A stretch of DNA of 64,000 nt, taken from Azolla caroliniana. Lineage: Eukaryota; Plantae; Polypodiophyta. The notes beneath the pieces are model-generated. The model saw nothing but the letters and a program-made list of their open reading frames with translations, was not told the origin of the DNA and made no database searches. Shown here in pieces: positions 1-12,649 of this stretch. The translations under genes were made by a program, and so were the position numbers. The stretch spans positions 26,598,001 through 26,662,000 of the forward strand of contig JBHGNT010000001.1 in the NCBI GenBank assembly GCA_043228905.1. The letters are read 5' to 3'. Within the stretch, counting starts at the first letter, position 1, and every line of letters begins with the position of its first letter.

Positions 1-464
1 GAATGTACAACAGTGAGTTCACGGAGGCAACGACCTCATGCTCACGATCCTCGCCACAGGCGGCGGTTATAACAGAGGCAACGACCTCTTGCTCTCTCTC
101 TCTCTCTCTGTACACTGTTACGTGCTCACTCTATTCTTGCACCAACAAGAATAACAACAACAACAGGCATCTAAAAAAGTTGCCCTAAGTCATATTTATA
201 CTAATATGACTTTTCGGCTATTTACAAATATAGCCGCGATGGACTCTCAGAAACATATTTACAAATATGTCTCTTCATCCGGAGAGCACTCCTCACCGGG
301 CCTGCATCATCCGGATCTCCGTAGCCGGGTCTGCACCATCCGGCTCTCCATAGCCGGGTCTGCACCATTCGATTTCGGCCTTGGCCGAGTTTTCTTATCA
401 ACATTGTTCTTCTCCCTTCCCATCCGGAGGGACCTGTCTCCCAACAGATCTATTGATTTACTCT

Positions 465-2880
465 AGAACACAAGCGGAGCATGATATACATGTCCGAAAG
501 GTACTCCAACGCTTAAGAGAGTATGGTCTTTATACCAAACTACAGAAGTGCAGTTTTGATTGCAAAGAAGTTGAGTTCTTGGGTTATACCATTTCATCCA
601 AAGGTATCTTCATGGATCCAGCGAAAGTTCAAACACTATTGGAATGGCATACTCCAAGTTCCGTTCGTGATGTCCAATGTTTCCTTGGATTTGCCAACTT
701 CTACCGCAAATTCATATGGAATTATTCGAAGATTGTATTGCCACTTACTCAACTCACCAAGAAAAATCAAGCATTTGTTTGGACTCCTGAAGCAAACAAA
801 AGCCTTTACTCAATTGAAAGAGGCATTCACATCAGCTCCTGTCTTAGCTCATGTTGATCCAGAAAAGCCATTTATCATTGAGGCAAATGCATCCAACTTT
901 GCATTGGGGAGCATCCTATCACAACCAGGTGAAGATGGGCACTTACATCCAGTCGCGTTTCACTCAAGGAAGTTTAATGTTGCGGAGATCAACTACAAGG
1001 TGCATGACAAAGAGTTACTAGCTGTGGTCGACTCTTTTGCGCAATGGAGACATTTCCGGGAAGGTTCACCTCATCAAATCATCATTTATAGTGACCACAA
1101 AAATCTTACATATTTTTTGACGACTCGAGTGCTAAATACGCAACAAGCTCGGTGGGCGCAATTTTTAACTCGTTTTGATTTCAAGATCATTTTCCGCCCA
1201 GGGAACCAACAAGGGCAAGCAAATGCTCTATCTCGACACTCATATTTGGCACTTCGCCCTGGAGATCCAGCTTTCTACAATCAAAAGCAAGTTCTCCTTG
1301 GTCCAACAAAGCTACAAGCAACCACGGTTTGTGCCACGCCATTGGATTCAAGTCTTCTTGATACTATTCGACAACAACTTAACTCTGATGATTTTGTTAA
1401 GGATGTCCTCACCCACCTTGGTCCAAATCATGCATTTTGCTCCACATTGCCAGGGACATCTCGACACTATAAGGAGTTCAAGTTACAAGATAACTTACTT
1501 TTCTACAAGAATCTACTTTATGTCCCTAATGGATCACCACGCCTTCGTGTGTTGGAGCACTGTCATGATGCTCGTATGGCCGGACACTTTGGTATTGCCA
1601 AGACCATGGAGCTAGTGAAGTGATCATTTTGGTGGCCTCATTTACAACAATTCGTTGAAGATTATGTTCGCACATGTGACACATGTTGTCGAGCTAAAAC
1701 GCCTAGGCATCGTCCTTATGGGTTGTTACAACCATTGTTGACTCTGAGCAAGCCATGGCAGTCAATTACTATGGATTTCATTACAGATCTGCCACCTTCA
1801 CAAGGTTTTGATGCTATTTTAACCATAGTGGATCGGTTTACCAAGATGGCACATTTTCTACCCTTCGTAAAAAGCATCAGTAGTCAAGAAACAGCAGATA
1901 TCATTATGCGTGAAGTATTTTGCCATCATGGTTTTCCAAACGACATAATTAGTGATCGTGGACCACAATTTATCTCTCACTTTTGGAATCACCTATGTGA
2001 CAGGCTCCGAATCTCTTGCAAACTCTCTTCAGCATATCATCCCGAAACTGATGGCCAAACAAATCGCACAAATCAAACACTTGAGCAGTATCTTCGATGT
2101 TTCATCAGTTATCAACAAGATGATCGGAGTCAGATATTGCATCTTGCAGAGTTTGCATACAATAACACCATACACTCTTCTACCAAGGTCACACCTTTCT
2201 ATGCCTATACTGGCAACCATCCTCGATGGTGTCTCTTGGACATTCTAGTGATCTCACCAAACCCTAGTGCAGAGCAACACCTCCACCGACTACAACATCT
2301 TCAGTCTGAGTTGTCTTCACATCTTCAGAAAGCTCAAGCCCAACATAAGGCCCATGCAGATCAACATCGTCTTCCGTCTCCATTCAAGGTTGGTGATCGG
2401 GTATGGTTGGTACGCTGTCACATAAAGACTACTCGACCGTGTGATAAACTAGATTATAAACACTTGGGTCCTTTTGTCATCACGAAGCGGATTAATGATG
2501 CAACATTCCATCTTGATCTTCCTGCAAGTTTGCGGCTTCATCCAATCTTTCATAGCTCTCTTTTGGAACCTTACCACACCAGCTCGATTCCCAATCGTGT
2601 CGTGCCGCCACTGCCTCCTCTCCAACTTGTTGATGGCCCAGAGTATGAGGTAGCCTCCATTCTTGATTCAAAGATTGTGTGCAATAAGTTGTATTATCTA
2701 GTTGATTGGCTAGGCTATACTCCGAGCGATCGCACATGGGAACCCATTGATAATGTTTGTAATGCTCAAGCTCTTATTGACGACTTCCATCGTCACTATC
2801 CCAACAAACCTAGCCCTACATTGTTAACAACTCCTTCCACTCGTCATTTTAAGAGGAGGGATAGTGTCATGAATCCGTGA
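465..2880 (+). mobile_element. Ty3/gypsy chromovirus pol (RT C-terminus, RNase H, integrase, chromodomain), decayed and 5'-truncated
   Basis: ORFs 381-857, 523-1623 and 1723-2880 give KCSF..EVEFLGY, FLGFANFYRKFI, AFHSRKF..AEINY..HDKELLA, the integrase HHCC (H..RMAGHFG...CDTC), ISDRGPQF, YHPETDGQT, a GPF motif and the chromodomain EYEVASILD..YLVDWLGY..RTWEP. Frameshift near 800 and a stop at 1621. Confidence 0.95.
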
Positions 2881-3209
2881 ACATTATGTGGCTTCACTTG
2901 GGTTTTGTAATAGACTGATATTGTAAATGTTCTAGAACATCCTAGAACATCTTAGAATATTCTAGGTCTAGAACATTCTAGAACATTATAGAAATCACTA
3001 GGTTATTCTATAGGAACCTATAAATATGGACATACAATTCTTCTCAAAACCAATTCGAATCAACACCAATCTTAAGCTCTCATCGCCTATCTTGTATCCA
3101 TTCTTATTCTACTTTAATACATTCATTCTTCTCTTATCATTTCATTCCTCTTCTTGTGATCTCTTTATATCTTTCTTCTATCACTTTACCTTCTCTCTTG
3201 GTTCAGACA
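2865..3209 (+). mobile_element. 3' LTR of the chromoviral gypsy element
   Basis: PPT AAGAGGAGGGATAG (2851-2864) is followed by TGTCATG. Contains TCTAGAACA-type subrepeats and a TATAAAT box. The CA end near 3209 is approximate, placed where copia coding sequence begins. Confidence 0.75.
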
Positions 3210-4100
3210 CACAAACACGGACTAGGCAGCCTACAAAGCAGATAGACGATCCACATTCAGATTCGTCTTCTCCCTCGGCAGCGGAGCGATCTCCTAGAGC
3301 AGTAAGAAGCAGTCGACAGTCGCACTGTCGAGCACAGAACCCGAATACAGGGGCGCAGCAGTCGCCACATGCGAAGCCGTATGGCTCAAGTGCATACTGA
3401 AGGATCTGGGCATTCCCATTACGGATCCAATTCGCCTCTTCTACAACAACATGAGTAACATCTACCTCACTCGGAACCCCGTCTTCCACACGCAGACTAA
3501 ACACATCGAAATGCACTACCACTTCATCCACGAGCGTGTATTGGCCGGAGAGATCGATCTACAACACATTAGTACGCCTATCCACATTGTCTATCTTGAG
3601 GGGGATTACTGCAGGAGACACATGCACTGTACGAAATTGACCGAGTACGTAACACGTAGATTAATCGAACCAAGCACGAAGCCGAAAAGCCGAACAATCC
3701 CGTTCGAGGATTACGAACGCCGGAAGTCGGATTCTGAAGACCGAACCGAAACAACTTTACGATACATGGAAGTTGTGTTCAAAGGGGCGTGTTGAGAGTC
3801 GAACTCAACTTCCCATAGTAATAAGTTTCACACTAGCTCATGGACATACCAAACTAGTTTTGTAAATAGTAGAAAGGGCACTTACCCTAGCTTAGTTGGC
3901 ATTTAAACCAACCCCTTGTAACTTAGTTACTATTGGAAGTATTTTGGTTAATGTAATATACAGTCTTTTATCTCTGTCTTCTCTCTCTCTGTCTTCTCTC
4001 TCTCTGTCTTCTCTCTCTCTGTCTTGCCTTACGTGCATACACACACACACACAGTCCTTCCATTGCATCTCAGCCACTCTTGCTCCTCATTTTATTTACA
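3210..4100 (+). mobile_element. Ty1/copia 3' fragment (RNase H, 3' UTR, PPT, 3' LTR 3790-4100)
   Basis: SSKKQSTVALSSTE.EY and RNPVFHTQTKHIEMHYHFIHE motifs. PPT AAAGGGGCG is followed by TGTTGAGAGTCGAACTCAACTTCC, the same LTR start as at 38708 and (reverse) 44023. Ends TTTACA. Confidence 0.88.
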
Positions 4101-4159
4101 CTTCTATTTCTTTACTTTTATTTAATCGGGTACTTCATACATATTTCACGTTATCGTGT

Positions 4160-4892
4160 TGTTACGCTCTCGCGCGGGAAACTAGGGCGGGACCACAGAG
4201 GCCTTGGACCGAGGAGGGCAAGAAACAAGGGGAAAGAGGAGAGCGCAAGCGTCTAACCGGTGGTCACCGGCTTCCGGCAAGCAGCGCTACCAGCCAAATG
4301 GATCACGACCGCGTGTACAGAACAAACAGAGACGCACACCCACCAGACAGTGAAAGGGGAAATATGCAAAAACCCAGAGAGACAATGAACTGGAGAATTA
4401 ATTCCAGATTACAACCGGCACGTCGGTAACAGACCCAACGCACGCACACAATTGCACACACATAGTGGAGCCTCTACCGGAAGCACTCGGGCTTTCCTCG
4501 AAGCAGGGGGGCAACCATTCTAGAAACCTGTAGAGAACAACGATAGAGGAGGAGAAAGCCCGGTCCCCAGTCCAACAGCACTCCTTCCTTGCTAAAATGT
4601 GATACCTGTTTCAGCCTTCTCCCCTCTCTTTTATAGGCCGCCGGGGAGAGCCGTCACATCCTGAATACATCATCTTTATTCTCTATCCCTTCAGACAGAG
4701 ATACGCATCGATTTCCTAACTACTAAATGTGTACTACCTAGTATATTTACATCAGCCGACCTATTCCTAATTATGTACAACTTATCAATCCTTGTGCCCA
4801 CGCGTAAGGGCCGGTTCATGCACCTTTCACACTGATTCCGCCTAAGACCGGTTTTCTTCACGACAACGTAATGTACGAAGTACGTTACGACA
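4160..4892 (-). mobile_element. Probable solo LTR (GC-richer, non-coding)
   Basis: Bounded by TGTTACG...GTTACGACA (TG..CA), with a minus-strand TATA box (CCTATAAAAG near 4630) and a compositional shift. No TSD recognised. Confidence 0.5.
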
Positions 4893-4909
4893 ACGGCCTC
4901 AAGTATTCT

Positions 4910-6400
4910 TAACTTATCCTAATATCCACAATGACCCTAATCTTACAATCTCTGTCATCCAAAGAGTGTTACAGTCTTGGCAAGGTATTCTCCTGACAGT
5001 TCTTTATCTGCAACTTGACAACACAACAAGAGAAAACAAAAACTCAACTGTGTCGAATTATTTAAGCATGCTAATCGAGAGGGGTATATTTAAAAATATT
5101 AAGGTCAACCTCTTACTAGTTGGTCATACTCATGATCATATAGATCAAATGTTTAATAGATTCTCAAAGAAATTAGTGAGATGTAATGTTTTCACACTTC
5201 CTATGCTATCAAAGATTATTAGTGAAGTTTATACTCCAAAGCCAGAAGTACGCCATTTGAATGAAGTTTATTATTTTAAACGATTCTACATGGATAATGA
5301 TCGAACTGAAGGTAGGGTTCTTGCACCGCTAAATAATATAAGTTTTAACCACATGTTCCTCATATAAAGAAGCTCGGAGGGCCACAACTAGACGTTGTTG
5401 TATGTCAAACAATACTCATCTAGTTCACAATGGGAGCCAGAAAAGGGGTGTAGTTTCTTATGGCATTTTCCAAATGTGGGAATCGATGGTGCAGAACAAA
5501 TGTCATATGATGACCATAAAAAACTAGTCCCGGTAGTTCAATTGATGAACAAAAAAGATATTGGATATGATGCCTTGAAGAGAAACAAAAATATATTGAG
5601 CACACCAAGACGTATGCTGGTGATCAAAATGTTGAATGTTGGGATGCCTTTTTCAACCACCAACATACGATTTTGGATAACTACATTGCTAGATATTGGG
5701 ACCTCCAATATCTGTTTAAATGGAACGTTGGTGCCCCATCAATGGTGTCAAGGACTTACACCACTCACTAGATAATACTAAACTCAATAATCTAGTTCAC
5801 CCATGACAGAGAGATATTTATGTGGGACCAAGAATATCGTGTACTGTAGAGGCAAGATGGCAATTTAGTCTGCATGAGCTACAAGTTGGAATGTTGGTTG
5901 CAACATTGGCTAACAATGATGAGTTGGGCCATCCTTTTTGGATTGCTAAAATTCTAGAAATAATGAGGGATGAACAAGGCAATCAAGTTAAGTCTATCGT
6001 GGTTAATTGGTATCACACCTCTTCCCCTGATGCATTTACTGGAAAGTACTCTTTAGAGATGGTGAAGGATGTCGTCATCACGAGTAGAAAGCAAGGAAGA
6101 AAGAATCTACCAAGCATGACTACTCTCACATTGGATAACGTTGACATACTAGTGTATGACTTCTCGTTGATCAAGACAGGCCATGCCATCTTAGGCAGAC
6201 CACAAATAAGATATTAAAAGAGAAGATCCCAAATGTGGGTCTAGACATGACACTAAGACGAACAAGGACTATGTCTTGGATGAAGACAATGTGTTGGTTG
6301 CAAGTGATGAAGATGATGAGACCTCACAAAGCTCTTCTACCTCATCGGATGAGTGTGAGAATGATGTCATAGCTTTGGGAAGTGAATGTTCTTATACATG
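4910..6400 (+). mobile_element. Decayed DDE/DDD DNA-transposon transposase, Sola-like
   Basis: YLQLDNTTRENKN...LLVGHTHDHIDQMF matches the DNxxxxNKN / GHTxxxxD catalytic pattern. Further broken ORFs at 5395-5775 and 5822-6217, then an acidic tail. Confidence 0.65.
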
Positions 6401-7452
6401 AACTGTACATATTGTATCTTACTTCAAAATGTCAATTTACGAATATCAATAAATGATGGTTGAGTCCATTTGTAAATTTTGTACATCCTTTTGTAAGTTT
6501 TGTGTGTCTATTATTTAGGCATTTTTTGAAAGCCTTAAAGTTTTTAACATTGCTAAAAAACAAATAATTTTGGTCATGTTTTAAATTCCCTTTACGCATG
6601 TGGCACCCATTTTTGTGAAATGACGTATTTTAGCCTTTTTTGGACGTAGACTTCCTAAAATGCGACATATTACCTATTTCAAATGACCCGGTGTTACAAA
6701 GAAAAGGGAGAGAGACGAGAACAAACAAGAGATAAAGATAGTGTAGGATTAAAGAAGCAATCAGTATATGATAAAAATATGCTTCATTAAATATAGAATA
6801 CAAAAAGTTATTTAGCAAAGTTACAATATTCGTCCATAAGGAAAGTTGGTACCTTATCTCTGCAAAAATTCAACTCGAGCCCTTGACTTTTATCTCAAGA
6901 GATTAGAAACTTTCAGAATGGGCTACCTTAATCTCTTGATTATTGATCAATGTATACCTTTTGATTGATAAATTGATGCTTATGTACCCTTCTTTCTTAT
7001 ATAGGTGTTTGAATGCATGTAATGTATGTACGAGTGCCATGTAATGCATGTAATGTGTCGTTGCCACTTGGCACACATGTGCTACATATGATCCATGACA
7101 ACCATGTTGCTCATTTGAATATGGAATATAGACACCATGTAGGTATGCAAAATGAGGAGATTACTTATGGTTAAGAGCTTAGAGAGTATTTGGCCTAGGT
7201 GTGATTGATATATCACATAGTTTGAAATATCTCGATTTGTCATCTAACAAAAGCAAATGAAGATAATTGTGATCATCCATTGAGATTACTTGCAATAAAA
7301 GTTTTCCCAATGTGTGAGGTTGCACAAGATCATGAGGTTTAATGTTGTTGAATTTCTTCCTTTCCCAAATAGAGCTTCAAATTAATTGTCATAATTGAGA
7401 CAAGATATCAATAGAAAGAGCGAGTGATGGGGATAGAGATAGAGGATATAAC

Positions 7453-7497
<45 letters not shown>

Positions 7498-7500
<3 letters not shown>

Positions 7501-7703
7501 AAATGGATGTAGCTCAGTTGGTAAGGTTACCTAATGGAGACCATGAGGTCATGGGTTTAACCCCTACATTCCATATTGGCATCTAGTGAATTAAGAGATA
7601 TGTATAAAGTATATAATAGAGAGGTGAGAAAATTGGGTTTCAAACCCAAGACGTAGTGTTGCTAATGTAGCAACTTACCACTTTGGGTACGCTAATTATG
7701 ATA
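7498..7703 (+). mobile_element. Bipartite tRNA-like (SINE-like) repeat, copy 1, inside a (GA)n tract
   Basis: A box TAGCTCAGTTGG (7510-7521), B-box-like GGTTTAACCC (7554-7563), an AT-rich linker and an opposite-strand A/B-box module. (GA)n on both sides; four more copies in the window. Confidence 0.85.
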
Positions 7704-8040
7704 GAGAGAGAGAGAGAGAGAGACTATGAAAAAAAATATTCTTTAAGATAAAGAGATACAAGAGAGAACTTACTTGGAGGACTCAAGATTGGTGTTGAAC
7801 TGAAAGAGAGAGAGAGTAATAGATAAAAAAGAGAGCTTAGTTGGAGGACTCAAGACTGGTGTTTAACTAAAATGTTCGATAAGAGTGAGGGGGCTTCATT
7901 ATATAGTTGGTCATGGAGCATTCTAGGGTGTTTTAGAATGTTCCAAGAAGTTCTAGAATTCCTTGGATGTTCTTAGAAGGTCTAGGAAGTTCTAGAATAT
8001 TCTAAGATTACTCTAATTATGATATTTAATAAATATATGT
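7704..8040 (-). mobile_element. Gypsy LTR-like remnant
   Basis: A cluster of TTCTAGAA-type subrepeats resembles the reverse complement of LTR 2865-3209 and shares CTAGAATATTCTAAGAT. Confidence 0.45.
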
Positions 8041-8061
8041 ATAAAATGGCTTAATCGCATA

Positions 8062-10535
8062 CAATGTTGGGCAAAATCCTAGGAACAGTGTCAACGTTCT
8101 GGTTGGGTTGGGACTTTTGCCGGCCAAGGTGGGGGAGAGCCGGAATTGATTCCAGATAGAATTTTCCCAAAATCGGAATCTAACCGGTTCATTTTTTTTG
8201 AACCGGCTATTTATACATTAAAAAAAAGTAATAAAAAGTGATTTTCTTTATTTCCCCCACCTTTTTGTTTGTTTTCCATTGTTTCCCTACACTCTCCAAT
8301 CCCTCTTTTTCCCCCTCTTTTCCATGTTTCCCTCATGTTTCCAAACTCAGAGATTCCCTGTTTCCCCCCATTTTCCCTCTCTTTTCCTGTGTTTGTATTA
8401 CCTCTTCGCGAATAGTGTGTTCTATTTTCAAGGTTTGTGCTTAAGTCATTTGATTGGGTTTTTTGTGCTTAAGTCGTTTATCATCAACTCTATTTATGCA
8501 TTTTGATCTTTTGTGCAATTAATATGGGCACTGATCTAATCTGTTGTCTCTATGTCAATTGCATAACAATGATGTGAGACACAAGGTCATCTGTCAGTAC
8601 TCATGTTGTGGAGATTATGAGATGTTTGATAGCCTTCCGATCTACGCAAATGTAGAAGGAACCCTCGACTCATCAAACCATTAGATGTATGTTTTCGTGG
8701 TTGCCTTAATGGGGCTAATTCATTAGTGTATTAAACTCCAAGCAGTTTGCACATACATCTCGATTCTCAACTATGGGTTGCTTTGTTTCTTTCATCTCAT
8801 GCACCTTTGTGGGTAAATAATAATGCCGGAAGCGATTGATGATGAGACTGATGAATATGTGGATGTTCATAAAAGGTAAAGAAAGTGAAATTTTAATTTT
8901 GCATGTTCAAAATCATCGATTAAAGAATATGCATTAATTATAAAAACAAGTTCTTTTGGGGAAGATCAATTGAATTTAAATGATTTTTTTACCTATTGAT
9001 TTGAACGAAAGCAAAATTAGAGTCGTTGTTTCTTTTGTATCATCAACGAGATCTACATCAGTTGCTCGGCTCTTGAGTTTGATTAGATTGAGTATCATAT
9101 CATTCCCCTATCTAGCTTTCTTTTATTAGTTTCACTTGATATGGTGTATATGTAGAGATATTAACTTTTAAGTTCAGTTCAATCCATTTCATGAATGTCG
9201 TTAATCAATTCGTGGAGGGGATATTGCACACTTACACAATGATGGGTCTATGTCAATGTAATACAATTATATTTGTTTTCTTATAATGAAGTTGTTTATA
9301 GACTAAATGAATGTGATTTTTAAAACTAGAGGACTATCTTGCCTGTGCATGTTGTTTGAAAATAGGGATTGATAGAATTTTTACTGTGTTCTGATTTATT
9401 ATAATTTGGCATGTTTGATCAAGGCTGCCAGAGAAGAAAGATTGCGCAGGGAATTTGAGGCAGAAGGTCAAATTATTCCTCCCAAGGAGAAGTCGGAAGC
9501 TTGTGATTCAAATGTAATCACACCAGGGACTCCTTTCATGGATAGTTTGGCGTTAGATCAAAGTAGGAACCTAGGTTCTACTGGCTAAATAGCATGACCA
9601 TCACATTTTGTTCCCACCCTATAGTATTTCTACATCTTAGGTTATTTTGTCGTGCAAACTCCCCAAGTGAAGGGGAGCATAAAGTAATGTCATACATTTG
9701 CTTGCAGAGAAATATTTGTGGCTTTGATTCCAATACTTTCCATTGTTTGTATGGACTTGTATGTATTTTCGACTGTATATGAAATAAAAATGGTTTTCAT
9801 TGTTATCAATTGTTTCTAGTATAACATCTTTGACACTCTAGAAATTGAGAAGGATGTTGATCTTATAATGTTGGCTCTTGCAAACCATGAAATACACTTT
9901 TCCATGTTAAGAGAGGTAATATTCCTATCATTGCCAATCTGATATCACATACAAGACAACTGGTAATTTATTTGGTGAAATTCAAGTTACATGACCCTTG
10001 TTTGTGGACTTGTGATAGTAACATGCTAATATGGACATACAACTAAGTTTTGGATTCTTGGACCTATATGTCATGACTCATATCTTAGAGATTATCCTTT
10101 ACGCTTAAACGTATACTCAACAAAGTTGCCAAAGAGAAGTATTTTTAGGTAAAAGCTCAATGCTCACCAGGTCATAACAGTATGTATGGTTTTAGTGGTG
10201 CTAGTCATTGTTTTTTACTGATGTAACAATGCTTCTATCATCAAAGGGGGAGGGTTTTGTCAATTGAACTCAAATGATCTCATGTGGGGTGGATAGTTTG
10301 CTATATATTTAGGACAACATAATGATTAGTGGACTCTCTATGTCCATATGTACATGGGGTGTCTTAAAGCCCATATGGTTGTTGCATCATACATGTGGTA
10401 AAAAAATAATTTAACATGTTTCAATTGACATTATCACTTGTAGGAGAGTGGCTGGTTAAAAATTTTAATTTTACGGTTAGGATCACAAGCAGCAAGAAAA
10501 TTTTCTGTAGGGGTTAAAAACTTTGCCCAACACTA
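8062..10535. mobile_element. Non-autonomous hAT-like TIR element carrying captured gene exons (Pack-hAT)
   Basis: 14-bp TIRs CAATGTTGGGCAAA (8062-8075) / TTTGCCCAACACTA (10522-10535), 12/14 complementary. 8-bp flanks ATCGCATA / ATGGTATA match at 6/8. No transposase inside. Confidence 0.7.
9424..9915 (+). pseudogene. XRN: Fragment of an XRN2/3/4-type 5'-3' exoribonuclease (three exons: 9424-~9560, 9641-9758, 9853-9915)
   Basis: [49 protein letters not shown] and DVDLIMLALANHEIHFSMLRE are XRN N-terminal motifs. AG acceptors precede all three exons and GT donors follow exons 2 and 3. Frameshift present; the rest of the gene is missing. Confidence 0.9.
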
Positions 10536-10684
10536 ATGGTATATATACATATAGCCTTATAGGTTATAGGTTTGAGACTTTTCATCTTATGGTGGCTATT
10601 ACATTAATTATATGTGGGACCACAAATTTTAATAGAATTGAAGTTCTTTCTATGTAATGTAGTTGCATATTGCATATAGTACAA

Positions 10685-10870
10685 GGTGGCTATTTTATGG
10701 TTATGGTTAGTTATTGTTTATATTGAATTTTGATCATTAATAAGTGAGATGGCTAGTTTACAGTTATGGTTAGTTATTGTTTAATATTAAATTTTGATCA
10801 TTAGTAAGCTAGGTGGCTATTTTACAGTTATGGTTAGTTATTGTTTAATATTGAATTTTGATCATTAATA
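10685..10870. repeat. Tandem repeat, ~63-bp unit x3
   Basis: The GGTTAGTTATTGTTT...ATTTTGATCATTA unit occurs three times. Confidence 0.9.
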
Positions 10871-12509
10871 ATCCCAAAATTGTGCAAGTCTAATAAATGA
10901 AAATGATGCCAACCCATTGTATGTGATAAATAAAGCATAATGCTCTAATATTAGGAAATTGTAACAAATGGAAAACCATGTGACACACCGCTATGTTTAT
11001 CTCTGTCTCGAGTTAACGAGCTATGTCTATCTCTATCTCTAGTTATATATATATATATATCATCACCATTGTATCTCAAAAATTCAAAATGTTCTAAACA
11101 CATATCATAAATCAACATCTTTATGTGCATGGTATGTTGTACCTAAACAATTGTGCCTAGAGGTTGAAGCTAACGTTTATTCTTCAAATTAAAGAGTTTT
11201 GATAGATTTTATGGTGGATAAAGGGGGGTAAACCCTTGTATGATGAAAAACTTCGGGATATCATTTGCTAGAATGATAAATATACCCCAATCCTATTTAG
11301 TTACCTTTGATGATTTTGGGACAATAGTGTTGAGAATGAGTTCATTGCATGATCGGATTATACACAAATCTATACATGGTTTTGTTAAAGTAAAAGTGTA
11401 AGCCAATGGGCACACAACTTTGTGTTGAACACATGGGTGTGTATGTTGGAATGGTTGGAAATGTTGCAACGTGCACAAAGATTAATAACACGAGTTGGTT
11501 TTTTTCAAGTAAAACTAAACATGTAGGTAGCACACATGTGGTTTCATAATGTAATGTTTCATGCATGTTATCGAGATATTATTTCCTAGTTTGATTACTT
11601 CGATTTTCACAAGAGCGTCAAGTTGTAAATTTAACTTGAATAATATATTAGGCTCACATGTTTATGCGTTTTAGCCATAAACAATAGAATACGATGGGGT
11701 GTTCATGAATCTACATGTCCACGAAAACCTTTTTCTTTTTCTTTCTTATTCCAAAAGAAACTCCTTCCATTAAGTATGTGAAAGCCTATTTCTAGAGTTA
11801 ATGCGACAATATATACCATTAATTGTTTGTGCACTACGTAGAGAAAGTTGTTCTTATACATGTTTGATCAAAATACAACACCGCATGTGATGACACAATC
11901 GGTTGATAGTGTTATGCCAAGTCTTAAACACCACTAGAGTGTGGCCACACTATTTATAGGTGAGAATAATGGCTATTTTAAGTAAACAAGACAAGGATAT
12001 ATATTGTAAGTTGTGTATTTGTAGCACACAATTGCTTCTTTGCGTTTTGAAAAGTCGGCACATTTAACATGCAAATATTGCTACTTTGTATCATTAGCAA
12101 ATACACTTTGTTAAGTGGATAAACATGTAAATACTATACAATAGGCATGAATAGACTATAGAGGACATTAGCTTATAAGAATATCATTAGGAATCAAGAT
12201 ACGAAATAGTAGAAGCTAGAATAGCGTATGAAAAGATACATATGTAAATTAAAATAAGCAAGCATACTCTACATTAATAATCAATTTGAGCCAAACCGAT
12301 ATGCAAAACCCTAGTTTAGTAGGTTAATTATTTAATGTATAAACAATTTAACAAATTGGGGAACATTTTTGAAATGTCTATTAGATATATAAATTAACTT
12401 CATAAGTTATATAATATTGTGAAATGCACACAAGAGATAAAAATCAGCCTAGTTAGCGTCTTACTTCTTACTGAATTATAGTTGATACAAAGGTACCCAT
12501 TGTTGGCTT

Positions 12510-12630
12510 AGCTAAAAAGGGTGTGTTAAAAGGGTGGGTCAGCTTAGGTACATGCATCCTAAAAAGGGTGTGCTAAAAGGGTGGATCGGCTTAGTACATG
12601 CATCCTAAAAAAGGTGTGCTAAAAGGGTGG
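12510..12630. repeat. Tandem repeat, ~45-bp unit x3, probably within a gypsy LTR
   Basis: AAAAAGGGTGTG(C/T)TAAAAGGGTGG-like unit three times, next to a minus-strand PPT at ~12656-12665. Confidence 0.8.
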
Positions 12631-12649
12631 CAAAGGAACACATGCACAC

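Noticed and set aside
6692-7100. Solo LTR (TGTTAC...CATGACA, reverse TATA)
   Set aside because: No TSD, no second copy and no PBS/PPT; plausible but unsupported.
7505-7576. Functional tRNA gene
   Set aside because: A and B boxes are present, but there is no proper anticodon or T stem. Copies diverge from one another and lie in a dispersed repeat.
10685-10870. CRISPR-like repeat array
   Set aside because: Contiguous tandem units without unique spacers, in a eukaryotic context with no cas genes.
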